The notes below the pieces were generated by a model, which was not told where the DNA came from, ran no database searches, and was given only the letters and a program-made list of their open reading frames with translations. The translations under genes were made by a program, and so were the position numbers. Positions 52,695 through 61,629 of a DNA stretch of 64,000 nt are shown here, one piece after another. Each line of letters starts with the position of its first letter. Position 1 is the stretch's first letter. The DNA comes from Terriglobales bacterium (GTDB lineage Bacteria; Acidobacteriota; Terriglobia; Terriglobales; Acidobacteriaceae), in assembly GCA_038205325.1 (NCBI GenBank), contig JBBRCA010000001.1:4603-68602 (forward strand), given 5' to 3'.

Positions 52695-52941
52695 AGCGGT
52701 ATTCTACTCGGACGATTGCCATTCGAGCCCTCAAAGTGGTAACGCGACGCCGATGGAGATCACGCCGCCTCACAGAACGCGGCATGCGCGCCAACAGTTA
52801 CACCGCGTGCGGAACTCTCACAGGCACCCGCCTTCATCGCGCATAAATCAAATACGGACAACGGTTCTTTGAAACGTTATCGGCTTTGTGCACCATAGGG
52901 AGTGGTCAGCCGTCTCGCAGCCACAATTCTAAATTTTCTGC

Positions 52942-53000
52942 TTGACGAAGCATGTCCACCGAGCATAATTTCAATTTTACAGAGGCGAAGAAATGGCGAA
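52942..53000 (+). promoter_or_regulatory. Putative sigma70 promoter and GGCGAA-N5-GGCGAA direct repeat (candidate LexA box)
   Basis: TTGACG (52942)-16 bp-CATAAT (52964). GGCGAA at 52984 and 52995, 11-bp period. Confidence 0.5.
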
Positions 53001-54102
53001 AATAGCGAACACGGTAAGTGAAGCTCTTTTCCCCATCCTCCCCTCTGGGCCGACCGGCATGGCGCGTCTTGCCGCCAAAGCGACCCACGCCGACGACGGC
53101 CACCTGATCGAGTTCAAGACCCTCGAAGCCCGCTCCATCCTGAATAAGTCCTTCTCCAAGAGACGGCTTCGGATGGCCTACTCCATCAATCCCTATCGCG
53201 GCTGCGAGTTTGGCTGCAAGTATTGCTATGCCCGCTACACACACGAGTTTTTCCAGCCTGTGAAAGCCAGCGTCGCCGAGCCTTCGCGTCTCAGCGAGGC
53301 GCAGCAGCCCTGGGCGCTGGCCTTCGAGCGCGAGATTTATCTCAAAGACAACGCCGCCTGGCTGCTCGAACAGGAGCTGAAGAAGATCGATTCCAAGCGG
53401 GAGATTGCGCTGGGAACGGCGACCGACCCTTACCAGCCCATCGAGCGGCGCGTAGGAATCACGCGCAGCCTACTCGAAGTATTTGCGAAACACGAGGGCT
53501 ACCGCCTGGGCATCGTGACCAAATCCACGCTGATCGCGCGCGACATCGATCTGCTGGCCGAAATCGGACGCCAGAACCGACTCGTCGTCCACCTCACCAT
53601 CACCTCGACCGACAGCGCGTTGACTCGGATTCTAGAACCTCGCGCGCCCCGGCCTGACCTGCGCTTCGCCACCGTGCGCAAGCTGCGCGACGCGGGCATC
53701 ATCACCGGGGTTCTCTGCTCGCCGCTGCTGCCGGGGATTACCGACAACGAGGGCGCGCTGGATTCTGTTGCGAACCGGGCCGCCGAAGCTGGGGCGAGCT
53801 TCTTTGCCGCGGAACCTCTGTTCTTGAAGTCGTGCTCGCGTCCCACCTATCTGAGCTTCGTTCGCGAGCACTTCCCCCACCTGGCCGGCGAGTACGCCCA
53901 GCGCTTCGCGACGATGGACTTCGCAGACGCTCCGTACCGCCGCCACGTGGCGTTGATGGTCAAACGCGCCTGCCACAAACACGGTCTCAACCAGCGCTCC
54001 AGCGACGCTCTACTCACGCGCGATGCAGGCCCTCTCCGCAAGGCCCCGACGGGGGTGCGGGGCCCTTCGGCCTGCGGAGGGCAGGGGTTGCTGTTTGCAT
54101 GA
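52993..54102 (+). CDS. Radical SAM protein, SplB-like/Rv2578c family
   Basis: YSINPYRGCEFGCKYCYARYTHE (CxxxCxxC), GTATDPYQP.E, LEPRAPRP..R. Start may be slightly downstream. Confidence 0.9.
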   Translation: MAKIANTVSEALFPILPSGPTGMARLAAKATHADDGHLIEFKTLEARSILNKSFSKRRLRMAYSINPYRGCEFGCKYCYARYTHEFFQPVKASVAEPSRLSEAQQPWALAFEREIYLKDNAAWLLEQELKKIDSKREIALGTATDPYQPIERRVGITRSLLEVFAKHEGYRLGIVTKSTLIARDIDLLAEIGRQNRLVVHLTITSTDSALTRILEPRAPRPDLRFATVRKLRDAGIITGVLCSPLLPGITDNEGALDSVANRAAEAGASFFAAEPLFLKSCSRPTYLSFVREHFPHLAGEYAQRFATMDFADAPYRRHVALMVKRACHKHGLNQRSSDALLTRDAGPLRKAPTGVRGPSACGGQGLLFA

Positions 54103-54138
54103 ACCTCGCGTATGCAACGCGCGTGTTAGGCTGCGTGC

Positions 54139-55036
54139 GTGCACAACTCTGGTATTTATGTGGAAACGGCGATTGGCGCGCCGCTGGACGAAGTATGGCG
54201 ATTGACGGAGGAGCCTGGGCAACATGCACAGTGGGATCTCCGCTTCAGCGCAATCACCTACCTACCTCGCGCGGACGGCGAGCCCCAGCGATTCCTGTAT
54301 ACGACGCGCATCGGATTCGGCCTCAATATAGTCGGCGATGGTGAGAGCATCGGAACGCGCGAGAGCGCCATGGAACGAACGTCCTCGCTGCGCTTCTCGT
54401 CGAGTTCAGCGCTCTCTCATCCGCGAAGGAAGCGGTTATTGGAAGTACATTGATCGCGGCGACCATGTGCAATTCTTCACGTGGTATGACTACGAGGTAC
54501 GTTGGGGCTGGTTTGGCGCTGTACTCGACCGGCTTGTTTTCCGGCCGATGATCGGCTGGGCAACGGCGTGGAGTTTCGACCGGCTACGCTTGTGGGCAGA
54601 GGGTGGAACTCCGCCACAAAACACGCTTAACGCGACACTGATCTTCACGATTGCACGGCTCACCATCATCTTCATATGGCTTTGGCACGGGCTGGTGCCG
54701 AAGCTACTCCTGCCACAGGCGGACGAACTCCATCTGTTGGCCGCGCAACATCTACCCGGAGGGCTGCGGCCATGGGCTGGAGCAGCAGAGATTTCACTGG
54801 CGCTGATCGGGCTAATCGCTTGGCGCTGGCGGGGCTATTTCAGCATGACGGCGGTATTCATGTTGGCAGCTTTGATTGCTGTCTCGGTCACAGCCAGCGA
54901 CTATCTGGCCCATGCATTCAACCCGCTCACGCTCAATCTCGGCATGATTGCGCTTTGCGCCGTGGGTTACCTCGCAGCACCGCATGCGGCGTTCGCCGGA
55001 CGATGCAAACGACAACCGCAGAAATCTCAAACATAG
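54139..55036 (+). pseudogene. SRPBCC-like + DoxX-like family protein, frameshifted at the CT run near 54412-54418
   Basis: N-part IYVETAI...WDLRFSAITYLP...FLYTTRIGFG joins the C-part LIREGSGYWKY...RPMIGWATAWSFDRLRLW...WLWHGLVPKLL in another frame. Confidence 0.75.
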
Positions 55037-55042
55037 GAGCGA

Positions 55043-55705
55043 GTGATGGCTGAATCGATTTATCGGTGCGCGTTGGGCACGGAGTTTGCGAAGCTGCACC
55101 CAAAGATTCAGCAACGGTTTTCAGTAAATAGTGCGGATCGCATCGCTGCTATTGGTAGAGGCGTTATGGATCGATTGTGGCACGGCGCACCGTATACGCT
55201 GCCGTTCCTTTATTTGGGGACGTGGCGCAGCATCATGTTTCCAGAGCAAGGGCGTAATATTCCTTTCACGATCGAGAACTATGCCTATCGCGATGTGCTC
55301 GGCCGCGAGACTGTAACCTGGGTTCGAAAGTTCGAGACCGACCGGATGCGTCGCTTCGATGCCTACATGATCTGGAGCTAAATGCGTGGCCGTATCGTCG
55401 ACTACCTCGGAACCCATCAACATCTCGCGGTCGACCTCGACCTGTCAGTGACTGACCAAGGCGGCTTGCGAATCCGCTCCGGCGAGCAGAGATTTTATGA
55501 AGGGCTTATCGGCTTTCGATTCCCACCTTTCCTTTCGGGCATTGCCGATGTATGCGAGTCATACGACGACGATGCTGAATGCTTCCACATTGAGGTGAAT
55601 GTCACCAATCGCCGCTGGGGACCGCTATTCGGCTATAGCGGAAGTTTCAGGTGGAATGGATCGAGAACGCCGAGCCGCCAACAACAATCCTTCCAAACGC
55701 ACTGA
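55043..55705 (+). pseudogene. DUF4166-family protein with in-frame TAA at 55379-55381
   Basis: SIYRCALG..F.KLHP.IQQRF, PEQGRNIPFTIEN, RRFDAYMIWS*MRGRIVDYLGTHQHLAVDL, GPLFGY.G.F, all in one frame. Confidence 0.78.
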
Positions 55706-55763
55706 AGCTCGCGAATAGGGCATAAATCCAGGGTGCGCGCCTATAGTTTTGCGCCGCTTAGAT

Positions 55764-56096
55764 TTATAGATCGACCGGAGCGAAGCCCGCGAACATCTCC
55801 GCAGCTTCGGTGAGATCGTTCAGCTTGACGATGTCGCAAGCGTCCCAATAGCGCGCCCACAGCGATTTGACTCGCTCGTTGGCGTGCGCCGCCGCTGCGC
55901 CGCCGGCTTCCCACTCGAAGACCTCGACGATCGTGCCATCCTGAGCGCGACAGACCACCGCCTCGCGCAGCGTGGCCAGGCCTTCTTCGCGCAGCAGAGG
56001 CAGGTGCTCGCGGGTGAGTTCGAGAAAGTCAGCTTCTTTGCCGGGCTTGGGGCGATACGCCACGATCACGACACTGCGTCCTTCAACGGTCTTCAT
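55764..56096 (-). CDS. Small dimeric alpha+beta barrel (ABM-like) hypothetical protein
   Basis: GGAGG RBS; VIVAYRPKPGKE..., DGTIVEVFEW. Confidence 0.7.
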   Translation of the reverse strand: MKTVEGRSVVIVAYRPKPGKEADFLELTREHLPLLREEGLATLREAVVCRAQDGTIVEVFEWEAGGAAAAHANERVKSLWARYWDACDIVKLNDLTEAAEMFAGFAPVDL

Positions 56097-56258
56097 GCTT
56101 CCCTCCAAAAACCAAAGCTCCAAAGACCGAACTGTATTGCCGGAGCTGCACAGGATGTTCGATGTGCAGCCAGCGTACCTCATCGCCCAGCGTTGCGCGC
56201 GACGATTGAGGCCGCGCCCTATTGGAGACTCGATGCCCGGCCAGTACACTCGATATCC

Positions 56259-56780
56259 ATGACCCCGTCTCGACAACTTCTGCAACATTTCCTCGCGGCA
56301 TTGGCGTACCGCGCGCAGCACGCCTTGCGCGGCGCGCCGCCATCCTTCGCCGAGTTCAGCGCCGGCACCCACGTCCGCACGCCGCACGAATTGTTATGGC
56401 ACATGACAGGCGTGCTGGGCTACGCGAGAACCCAGTTGCAGGGCGGGAAGTATGCGCCCCCGAAGCTACCGGACATAAACGCTGAAATCGAACGCTTCCA
56501 CGAGGCGCTGGCCGCGCTCCGCGAAGACTTCGCCGACGCTTCACTCACCGCGCGCATTAGCGACGAGCAGTTCCTGCACGGCCCGCTCGCCGATGTCATG
56601 ACCCACGTCGGACAGCTCGCCATGTTGCGCCGATTGGCTGGCGCGCCAGTGCCGTCGGAGAACTTCATCTTCGCAGACGTGAACGCCGCGAATGTAAGTT
56701 CAAACCAAGCTGAGCCGCGCTTCCCCGACCGCTGGTGGAAACCCGATCAACCGCCGCAACCACCCGGCCCGATGAAATGA
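56259..56780 (+). CDS. DinB/YfiT-like helical protein
   Basis: HFLAALAYR, RTPHELLWHM, GPLADVMTHVGQLAMLRRLAG.PVP.ENF. Start at ATG 56259. Confidence 0.78.
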   Translation: MTPSRQLLQHFLAALAYRAQHALRGAPPSFAEFSAGTHVRTPHELLWHMTGVLGYARTQLQGGKYAPPKLPDINAEIERFHEALAALREDFADASLTARISDEQFLHGPLADVMTHVGQLAMLRRLAGAPVPSENFIFADVNAANVSSNQAEPRFPDRWWKPDQPPQPPGPMK

Positions 56781-56805
56781 TCGGCCGTCACCGATAACAA
56801 CAAAT

Positions 56806-57243
56806 CTAGGCGACGACTTCGATGCCCATCGACCGCGCCGTGCCGCGAATGGTCTTCGCCGCCGCCTCAACTGTAGATGCGTTCATGTCCGGCATCTTTT
56901 GCTTAGCGATGTCCATGATCTGCTTCTCCGTCACCTTGCCCAGCTTCTCCTTGTTGGGCGTGCCAGAGCCCTTCGGAATGCCCGCAGCCTTCAGCAGAAG
57001 TACGGGTGCCGGCGGCGTCTTGGTGATGAACGAAAACGTGCGGTCCGCATAAACTGTGATGACGACCGGGATCGTCAGCCCCACCATCGCGGGGTCTTTG
57101 CTGGTCCGTTCGTTGAACTGCTTGCAGAACTCCATGATGTTGACCTGCGCCTGGCCGAGTGCGGGGCCCACGGGCGGTGCGGGCGTGGCTTTGGCGGCGA
57201 TGATCTGGAGCTTGACGTATCCGGTAATTTTCTTCGGTGCCAT
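56806..57243 (-). CDS. rplK: 50S ribosomal protein L11
   Basis: [38 protein letters not shown]. Confidence 0.99.
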   Translation of the reverse strand: MAPKKITGYVKLQIIAAKATPAPPVGPALGQAQVNIMEFCKQFNERTSKDPAMVGLTIPVVITVYADRTFSFITKTPPAPVLLLKAAGIPKGSGTPNKEKLGKVTEKQIMDIAKQKMPDMNASTVEAAAKTIRGTARSMGIEVVA

Positions 57244-57345
57244 ATGCGTAATCCTTCAGGTGTTGCGAAATTTGTGCTGCGAATCAGGAGGTAGAAGATC
57301 GGGTGAAGCGCCCCGATGGGCTCCTGAGAAATCGTGGATGAAACT

Positions 57346-58005
57346 TTAGCCTTCGAACTTTTCGACGTTCGAGAACTCGACCTCGGTCGGCGTCGGCCGG
57401 CCAAAGATTGAGACCATGACCTTGAGCGTCTGCTTGTCTTCGTTGACGTCGTCGACGGCGCCGTTGAAGTTCGCAAACGGGCCTTCGTTGATCCGGACCT
57501 GTTCGCCCTTGACGAACTTCATCTTCATCTTCGGCTTGTCCTTGGTCGCGTCGGCGCGGTTGAGCATCCCGCTCACTTCGGCCTCCGATAGCGCGTTGGG
57601 CTGATCGCCGGTTTGCAGAAATCCCGTCACACGAGGCGTGTTCTTGACCACATGCCAGAGGTCGTTGTCGAGCGCCATTTCGACGAAGACGTAGCCCGGC
57701 AGGAAGACGCGGTCGATGGTGTACTTCTTGCCGTTGCGCAGTTCCGTGGTCGGCTCGGTCGGAATCTCGATGCGGCCCACGCGGTCTTCGAGATGGTAGG
57801 CGGCGACGCGCGACTGCAGTGACTCCTTCACCTTGCGCTCAAAACCCGAGTAGGCGTGGATGATGTACCACTTGAAGTTCTCATTGACCGGATGCGCGAC
57901 CGGTTCGGCCGCCTCGCCCGCCATCTCTACAGGTGCATCGGGGACCGGCGCCTCGGAGTTGTTCTCGTCCGGTCCGGTGTTCTCATTGTTCAAATCGTCT
58001 GCCAT
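57346..58005 (-). CDS. nusG: Transcription termination/antitermination factor NusG
   Basis: WYIIHAYSGFE, FLPGYVFV, VKNTPRVTGF, KOW motif GEQVRINEGPF, IFGRPTPTE. Confidence 0.99.
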   Translation of the reverse strand: MADDLNNENTGPDENNSEAPVPDAPVEMAGEAAEPVAHPVNENFKWYIIHAYSGFERKVKESLQSRVAAYHLEDRVGRIEIPTEPTTELRNGKKYTIDRVFLPGYVFVEMALDNDLWHVVKNTPRVTGFLQTGDQPNALSEAEVSGMLNRADATKDKPKMKMKFVKGEQVRINEGPFANFNGAVDDVNEDKQTLKVMVSIFGRPTPTEVEFSNVEKFEG

Positions 58006-58069
58006 TCGCCTTCGCCTTCTTGCCGCGGTGAAAAATCTAAGAGTCTGTCTTACTCACTTTTGTCTCTAC

Positions 58070-58333
58070 TTATTTAATGAGCGCAGCGAAAATCCTGTCA
58101 ATGCTCTTGCCCAGAATGAGGTCCACCAGTTCGAAGTACGCGGCGAAGATGAACACCGTCACGATCACCACGATCGTCGTCGATTGCACAATGGCGCGCG
58201 ACGGCACCACCACCTTGCGCATCTCCTGGCGAACGTCCTTGAGAAACGTAATGAGGCGTTCTGGCCCGGCGGTTGCGCGCTGTAGGCTACTGGACTGATG
58301 ATCGGGTTCTGCCACTGCGAGTGCTTTCGACAT
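58070..58333 (-). CDS. secE: Preprotein translocase subunit SecE
   Basis: FLKDVRQEMRKVVVPS followed by a TM helix; located between tRNA-Trp and nusG. Confidence 0.95.
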   Translation of the reverse strand: MSKALAVAEPDHQSSSLQRATAGPERLITFLKDVRQEMRKVVVPSRAIVQSTTIVVIVTVFIFAAYFELVDLILGKSIDRIFAALIK

Positions 58334-58410
58334 TTTGCGTTCAACCTTCGTACACGCTCGTCGCGTGAGAATTCGTGTTGCTTCCGGCCGTTCGAGTGCC
58401 GGAGAAGCGA

Positions 58411-58486
58411 TGGCAGGGGCGCTCGGATTCGAACCGAGAAGTTCGGTTTTGGAGACCGACAGTTTAACCGTTGAGCTTACGCCCCT
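58411..58486 (-). tRNA. tRNA-Trp(CCA)
   Basis: AGGGGCGTAAGCTCAACGGTT...GTCTCCAAAAC...GGTTCGAATCC...GCCCCTGCCA; cloverleaf with encoded CCA end. Confidence 0.97.
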
Positions 58487-58544
58487 GTAGTGCAGGAAAC
58501 AGCTGTCAGGAAACAGTAGACGTCCTCTGCTTGCTGTTTCCTGT

Positions 58545-58694
58545 TTACTTCGTTTCCTTGTGGTCCGTATGCTTGCGGCACGTATTGCAGAACTTCGACA
58601 TCTCGAGCCGGCCGGTTGTGGTCTTCTTGTTCTTGGTCGTCGAGTAGTTCCGATTTTTGCACTCGGGACACTGGAGGGTGATGATTTCGCGCAT
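58545..58694 (-). CDS. rpmG: 50S ribosomal protein L33 (Zn-binding form; missed by the ORF track)
   Basis: [49 protein letters not shown]. Confidence 0.97.
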   Translation of the reverse strand: MREIITLQCPECKNRNYSTTKNKKTTTGRLEMSKFCNTCRKHTDHKETK

Positions 58695-58893
58695 TGCTCA
58701 ATCCTTCCGTTTGACCAACCACCTCGGTTGGCAAGCAGCGGTCAATCTGTTCGACTGACACGCCGCGACGCAGGGCATAGGGCCCCTGCTGCCCGAATCC
58801 TGAAATTGTGCTGCTGAGTTAGAAGCGGTCAGGCACACACTCTTCCTCTTTCATTATCCACGAAAAAGCGGGAGAGTGGAAGAGGGAGGGCCT

Positions 58894-59241
58894 TCAGTAA
58901 TACGCATACAGCTTGAAAAACTTGTCGCGCAGCGCCATGTCGATCTGCTCCAGCGACGCGAGGTAAAACTCGCGGATCTGGCCTTGGTCGGCGCCCGCTA
59001 GTTTTGCGTAGAGCGCGGCTGTTGGCGCTCCCAGCTCGCCTGACGCGAGCACCGATTCGAAGTCCCGAATGCGCAACGCCGCGCGCTGCACCGACTTCAA
59101 AAACCCCGCGACATTGACGGCGGCAAAGCAGCTCTCAATGGCCTGCCTGACCTCACCAAAGGTTTGCTGGTCTTCGATCGCCATCGGCGCGCGGTCATAC
59201 AGAGCGGTTGTGCGATCTACGGGCTTCGGTTGCTGCGCCAT
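58894..59241 (-). CDS. Hypothetical helical protein (115 aa)
   Basis: ORF from ATG 59241 ending ...LRDKFFKLYAYY*. The longer ORF call runs through tRNA genes and is over-extended. Confidence 0.7.
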   Translation of the reverse strand: MAQQPKPVDRTTALYDRAPMAIEDQQTFGEVRQAIESCFAAVNVAGFLKSVQRAALRIRDFESVLASGELGAPTAALYAKLAGADQGQIREFYLASLEQIDMALRDKFFKLYAYY

Positions 59242-59279
59242 CGTTTTCAGAGACCTGCCTTGAACAATTTTGAAAGATT

Positions 59280-59354
59280 TGGAGCGGGAGACGGGAATCG
59301 GACCCGCGACCAACAGCTTGGAAGGCTGTGACTCTACCACTGAGTTACTCCCGC
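59280..59354 (-). tRNA. tRNA-Gly(TCC)
   Basis: GCGGGAGTAACTCAGTGGTAGAGTCACAGCCTTCCAAGCTGT...CTCCCGCTCCA; T-loop reads TCCGATT. Confidence 0.96.
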
Positions 59355-59376
59355 TCGTCTGCCGCACAAAAAAATC

Positions 59377-59446
<70 letters not shown>

Positions 59447-59451
<5 letters not shown>

Positions 59452-59725
59452 GTTGCTTCGATTGCCGCTCTTCCAGCCGCGCTCGCATGTGCGCGATCAC
59501 GACCCGAAATGCGAAGAGGCCGAGAAACAAAATCGGCATCCATCGAAGTTGCACATCACGATCATCGTACGATACGAACCGGCTGCTATAACCGTGTACG
59601 TGCATGACCGTGGATGCGTCGATCGTGAGCCACGACAACACACCCAAGACTAACAAAACTCCCAGCGCAATGGCCATGCGGCTCTTGCTGGCCGCTGGAT
59701 TGAGTGATCGCCCGTCCTCACCCAT
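59447..59725 (-). CDS. Small two-TM hypothetical protein inside the tRNA cluster
   Basis: Two hydrophobic helices (AIALGVLLVLGVLSWLTI; WMPILFLGLFAFRVVIA). The TGA stop lies in the first 5 nt of tRNA-Thr(GGT). Confidence 0.65.
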
Positions 59726-59756
59726 CGTCATCACCACTGAAGAGTCCTGCCAAAAA

Positions 59757-59843
59757 TGGTGCACAGGGGAGGATTCGAACCTCCGTAGCGCATAACGCGG
59801 CAGATTTACAGTCTGCTGCCATTAACCACTCGGCCACCTGTGC
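59757..59843 (-). tRNA. tRNA-Tyr(GTA)
   Basis: GCACAGGTGGCCGAGTGGTTAATGGCAGCAGACTGTAAATCTGC, long variable arm, GGTTCGAATCC...CTGTGCACCA. Confidence 0.97.
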
Positions 59844-60014
59844 ATCGTATCTGCGCAACGCCCCGAAACATTGGCCCTGAGTCAAAGGCCATAGCGAAGC
59901 CGCTCGCAAGAATCCGCGGGCGTACAACTCAAAATCCTCTGGTGGACGCTGCTTGGCGGGTACGGCACGCAGTTACAACCAAACTCAAAATCCTTCGCGC
60001 GGTGGGTAAGAAAC

Positions 60015-60090
60015 TGGAGCTGGCGAAGGGATTTGAACCCCCGACCGCCTGATTACAAATCAGGTGCTCTACCAGCTGAGCTACGCCAGC
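60015..60090 (-). tRNA. tRNA-Thr(TGT)
   Basis: GCTGGCGTAGCTCAGCTGGTAGAGCACCTGATTTGTAATCAGG...GGTTCAAATCC...CCAGCTCCA. Confidence 0.97.
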
Positions 60091-60155
60091 CCACCCTGCG
60101 AATGCATCCACCGCTCACGCGCTGGACAAAGACAACTTTATCACAGCGGCCTTAC

Positions 60156-60644
60156 CTAACGAGATTGTTGTCTGCGGATTTGCTCAATGACTTTATGAGA
60201 AATGCGGAAGTTCGTTTGGCGAAGGCGATCGACGGCATCTTCGAAATTCACCAGAGACATCGCACTCGCGGTCGACAATATGCGAATTGTTGGTACGACC
60301 TGAACGCCAACACTTTCGGCTGCGACACGAGCGCGAAGATCGTCCGTAAGCAAGATGCTGTTCCGAGTCTGCCGCGCGAGAGCGATGGCCTCGCGCTCTC
60401 CGAGGCCGAGTGCCGGAAAAGGCAACGGAATCCTCTCCCGTCGAGGCGGGATGCTGATCCACGGAGGCAGTGAGGCGGCCCAGTTTCGAACCGGAGTTGG
60501 AGTTCGTGTTGCTGAAAGTTCATCGACCACGGTCGATGGAACGGCAATCTCTCCGTAGAGTCTTTCGAGAAGATCGATTTCGCCAATCAGAACAAGATAA
60601 TGCAGAGGTGTCGCATCGGCGACGACGACGTAGGGCGACCTCAT
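60156..60644 (-). CDS. PIN-domain protein, DUF3368 family (putative toxin)
   Basis: VVADATPL..L..IG.IDLL, LGLGEREAIALA, LLTDD..AR. Start overlaps the upstream stop (ATGA). Confidence 0.88.
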   Translation of the reverse strand: MRSPYVVVADATPLHYLVLIGEIDLLERLYGEIAVPSTVVDELSATRTPTPVRNWAASLPPWISIPPRRERIPLPFPALGLGEREAIALARQTRNSILLTDDLRARVAAESVGVQVVPTIRILSTASAMSLVNFEDAVDRLRQTNFRISHKVIEQIRRQQSR

Positions 60645-60925
60645 GCGGACTTTTGCAGATGCCGGGCCAGAAAGGCGTCTTGAAACTTTCGGTCCGCTTC
60701 CATCTGCTCAAGCGAATATTCGATCCACACTTGGCGCGCCTTCAGGAAGCCGTCCAGTTCATAGCGGGTCTCGATGCCCAGAGCGTCCATGAGTTGCGGG
60801 CCGGAAATCTTGTCCTCGCGATAGGCCTGGACCAGCGCGTCTTCCAGAATGGCGCGACCAGGATCCTGCCCCGCCGGTATGAGCTGGGGGGCGAGATTAT
60901 CCGGGATTTCAACCGTGACCTGCAT
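60641..60925 (-). CDS. UPF0175-family protein (putative antitoxin)
   Basis: MQVTVEIPD, AYREDKISG.QL..LG..TRYELD.FLK, typical partner upstream of DUF3368. Confidence 0.85.
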   Translation of the reverse strand: MQVTVEIPDNLAPQLIPAGQDPGRAILEDALVQAYREDKISGPQLMDALGIETRYELDGFLKARQVWIEYSLEQMEADRKFQDAFLARHLQKSA

Positions 60926-60975
60926 GGAGAAAAGGTTAGCACGGCGGTGGCGTCGCGCATCGCAACCCGGAGCAC

Positions 60976-61455
60976 CTACCGGATGATCTCGGGATTATCG
61001 GGCGTTATTTTGCCGCAGTCGGCGCTTACGAAGTGGGCTTGCACCGTCATTTCCATCTGCATCGGACGATTGCCGCCGGGATTCATGCTCATGTGCATGA
61101 CCGAGTGAGTGCTTTCCTTCGAATCAAACGTCCCTTCGAAGTGGCCAGTGACGTTGCTGCTTTTGCAGGTCATGTCCCAGGAGTAACGCTTGACGGTCCA
61201 CACTTCGTTGGAAAGCATACAGTCCTTCTGGCGCTGGGAAGCCCCAAAGTTTTTGGCGTAGTTTTCGGGCGTCATGCAGGCGCGAATCTTGAAGGTACTG
61301 TTGGGCATGGCCCCACCCTGCGGCACATTCACGCCGGTCATTTTTGAAGTGGCAGTCGACTCCCACAAACCCATCCTCATGGGTGGTGTTGCGGGCATTT
61401 GGAACATCAACGCGCCGCCGATCAACCCGGATCCGACTATGAGTAGAGTCTTCAT
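60976..61455 (-). CDS. DUF3617-family exported protein
   Basis: Signal peptide, PMRMGLWESTA, RACMTPE...DC...C..., final ADCG. Confidence 0.8.
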   Translation of the reverse strand: MKTLLIVGSGLIGGALMFQMPATPPMRMGLWESTATSKMTGVNVPQGGAMPNSTFKIRACMTPENYAKNFGASQRQKDCMLSNEVWTVKRYSWDMTCKSSNVTGHFEGTFDSKESTHSVMHMSMNPGGNRPMQMEMTVQAHFVSADCGKITPDNPEIIR

Positions 61456-61629
61456 TGCGTTTCTCCTGTAGTAAGAAATGGAGCGACCAACGTCGGTCGA
61501 AGCGTGCTTAGGAACGACGACAATCGTCAGCTACAGGTATATCGCACAGCGGCTTGTTCAAGGGACCATTTTTTTAGTCTTGACGTTAAATCCGATGGCC
61601 GCCGCTGGAGTGACTGAGTAGGTCTACCC

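Noticed and set aside
45338-55381. TAA stop-codon reassignment to explain the in-frame TAAs in rpoB and DUF4166
   Set aside because: TAA terminates many intact genes in the window (carB, ald, rpoC, rplL, rpmG), so recoding is implausible.
50882-56805. Prophage or integrative element between rplK and rplA
   Set aside because: No integrase, att-like direct repeats or phage genes. Treated as accumulated accessory genes.
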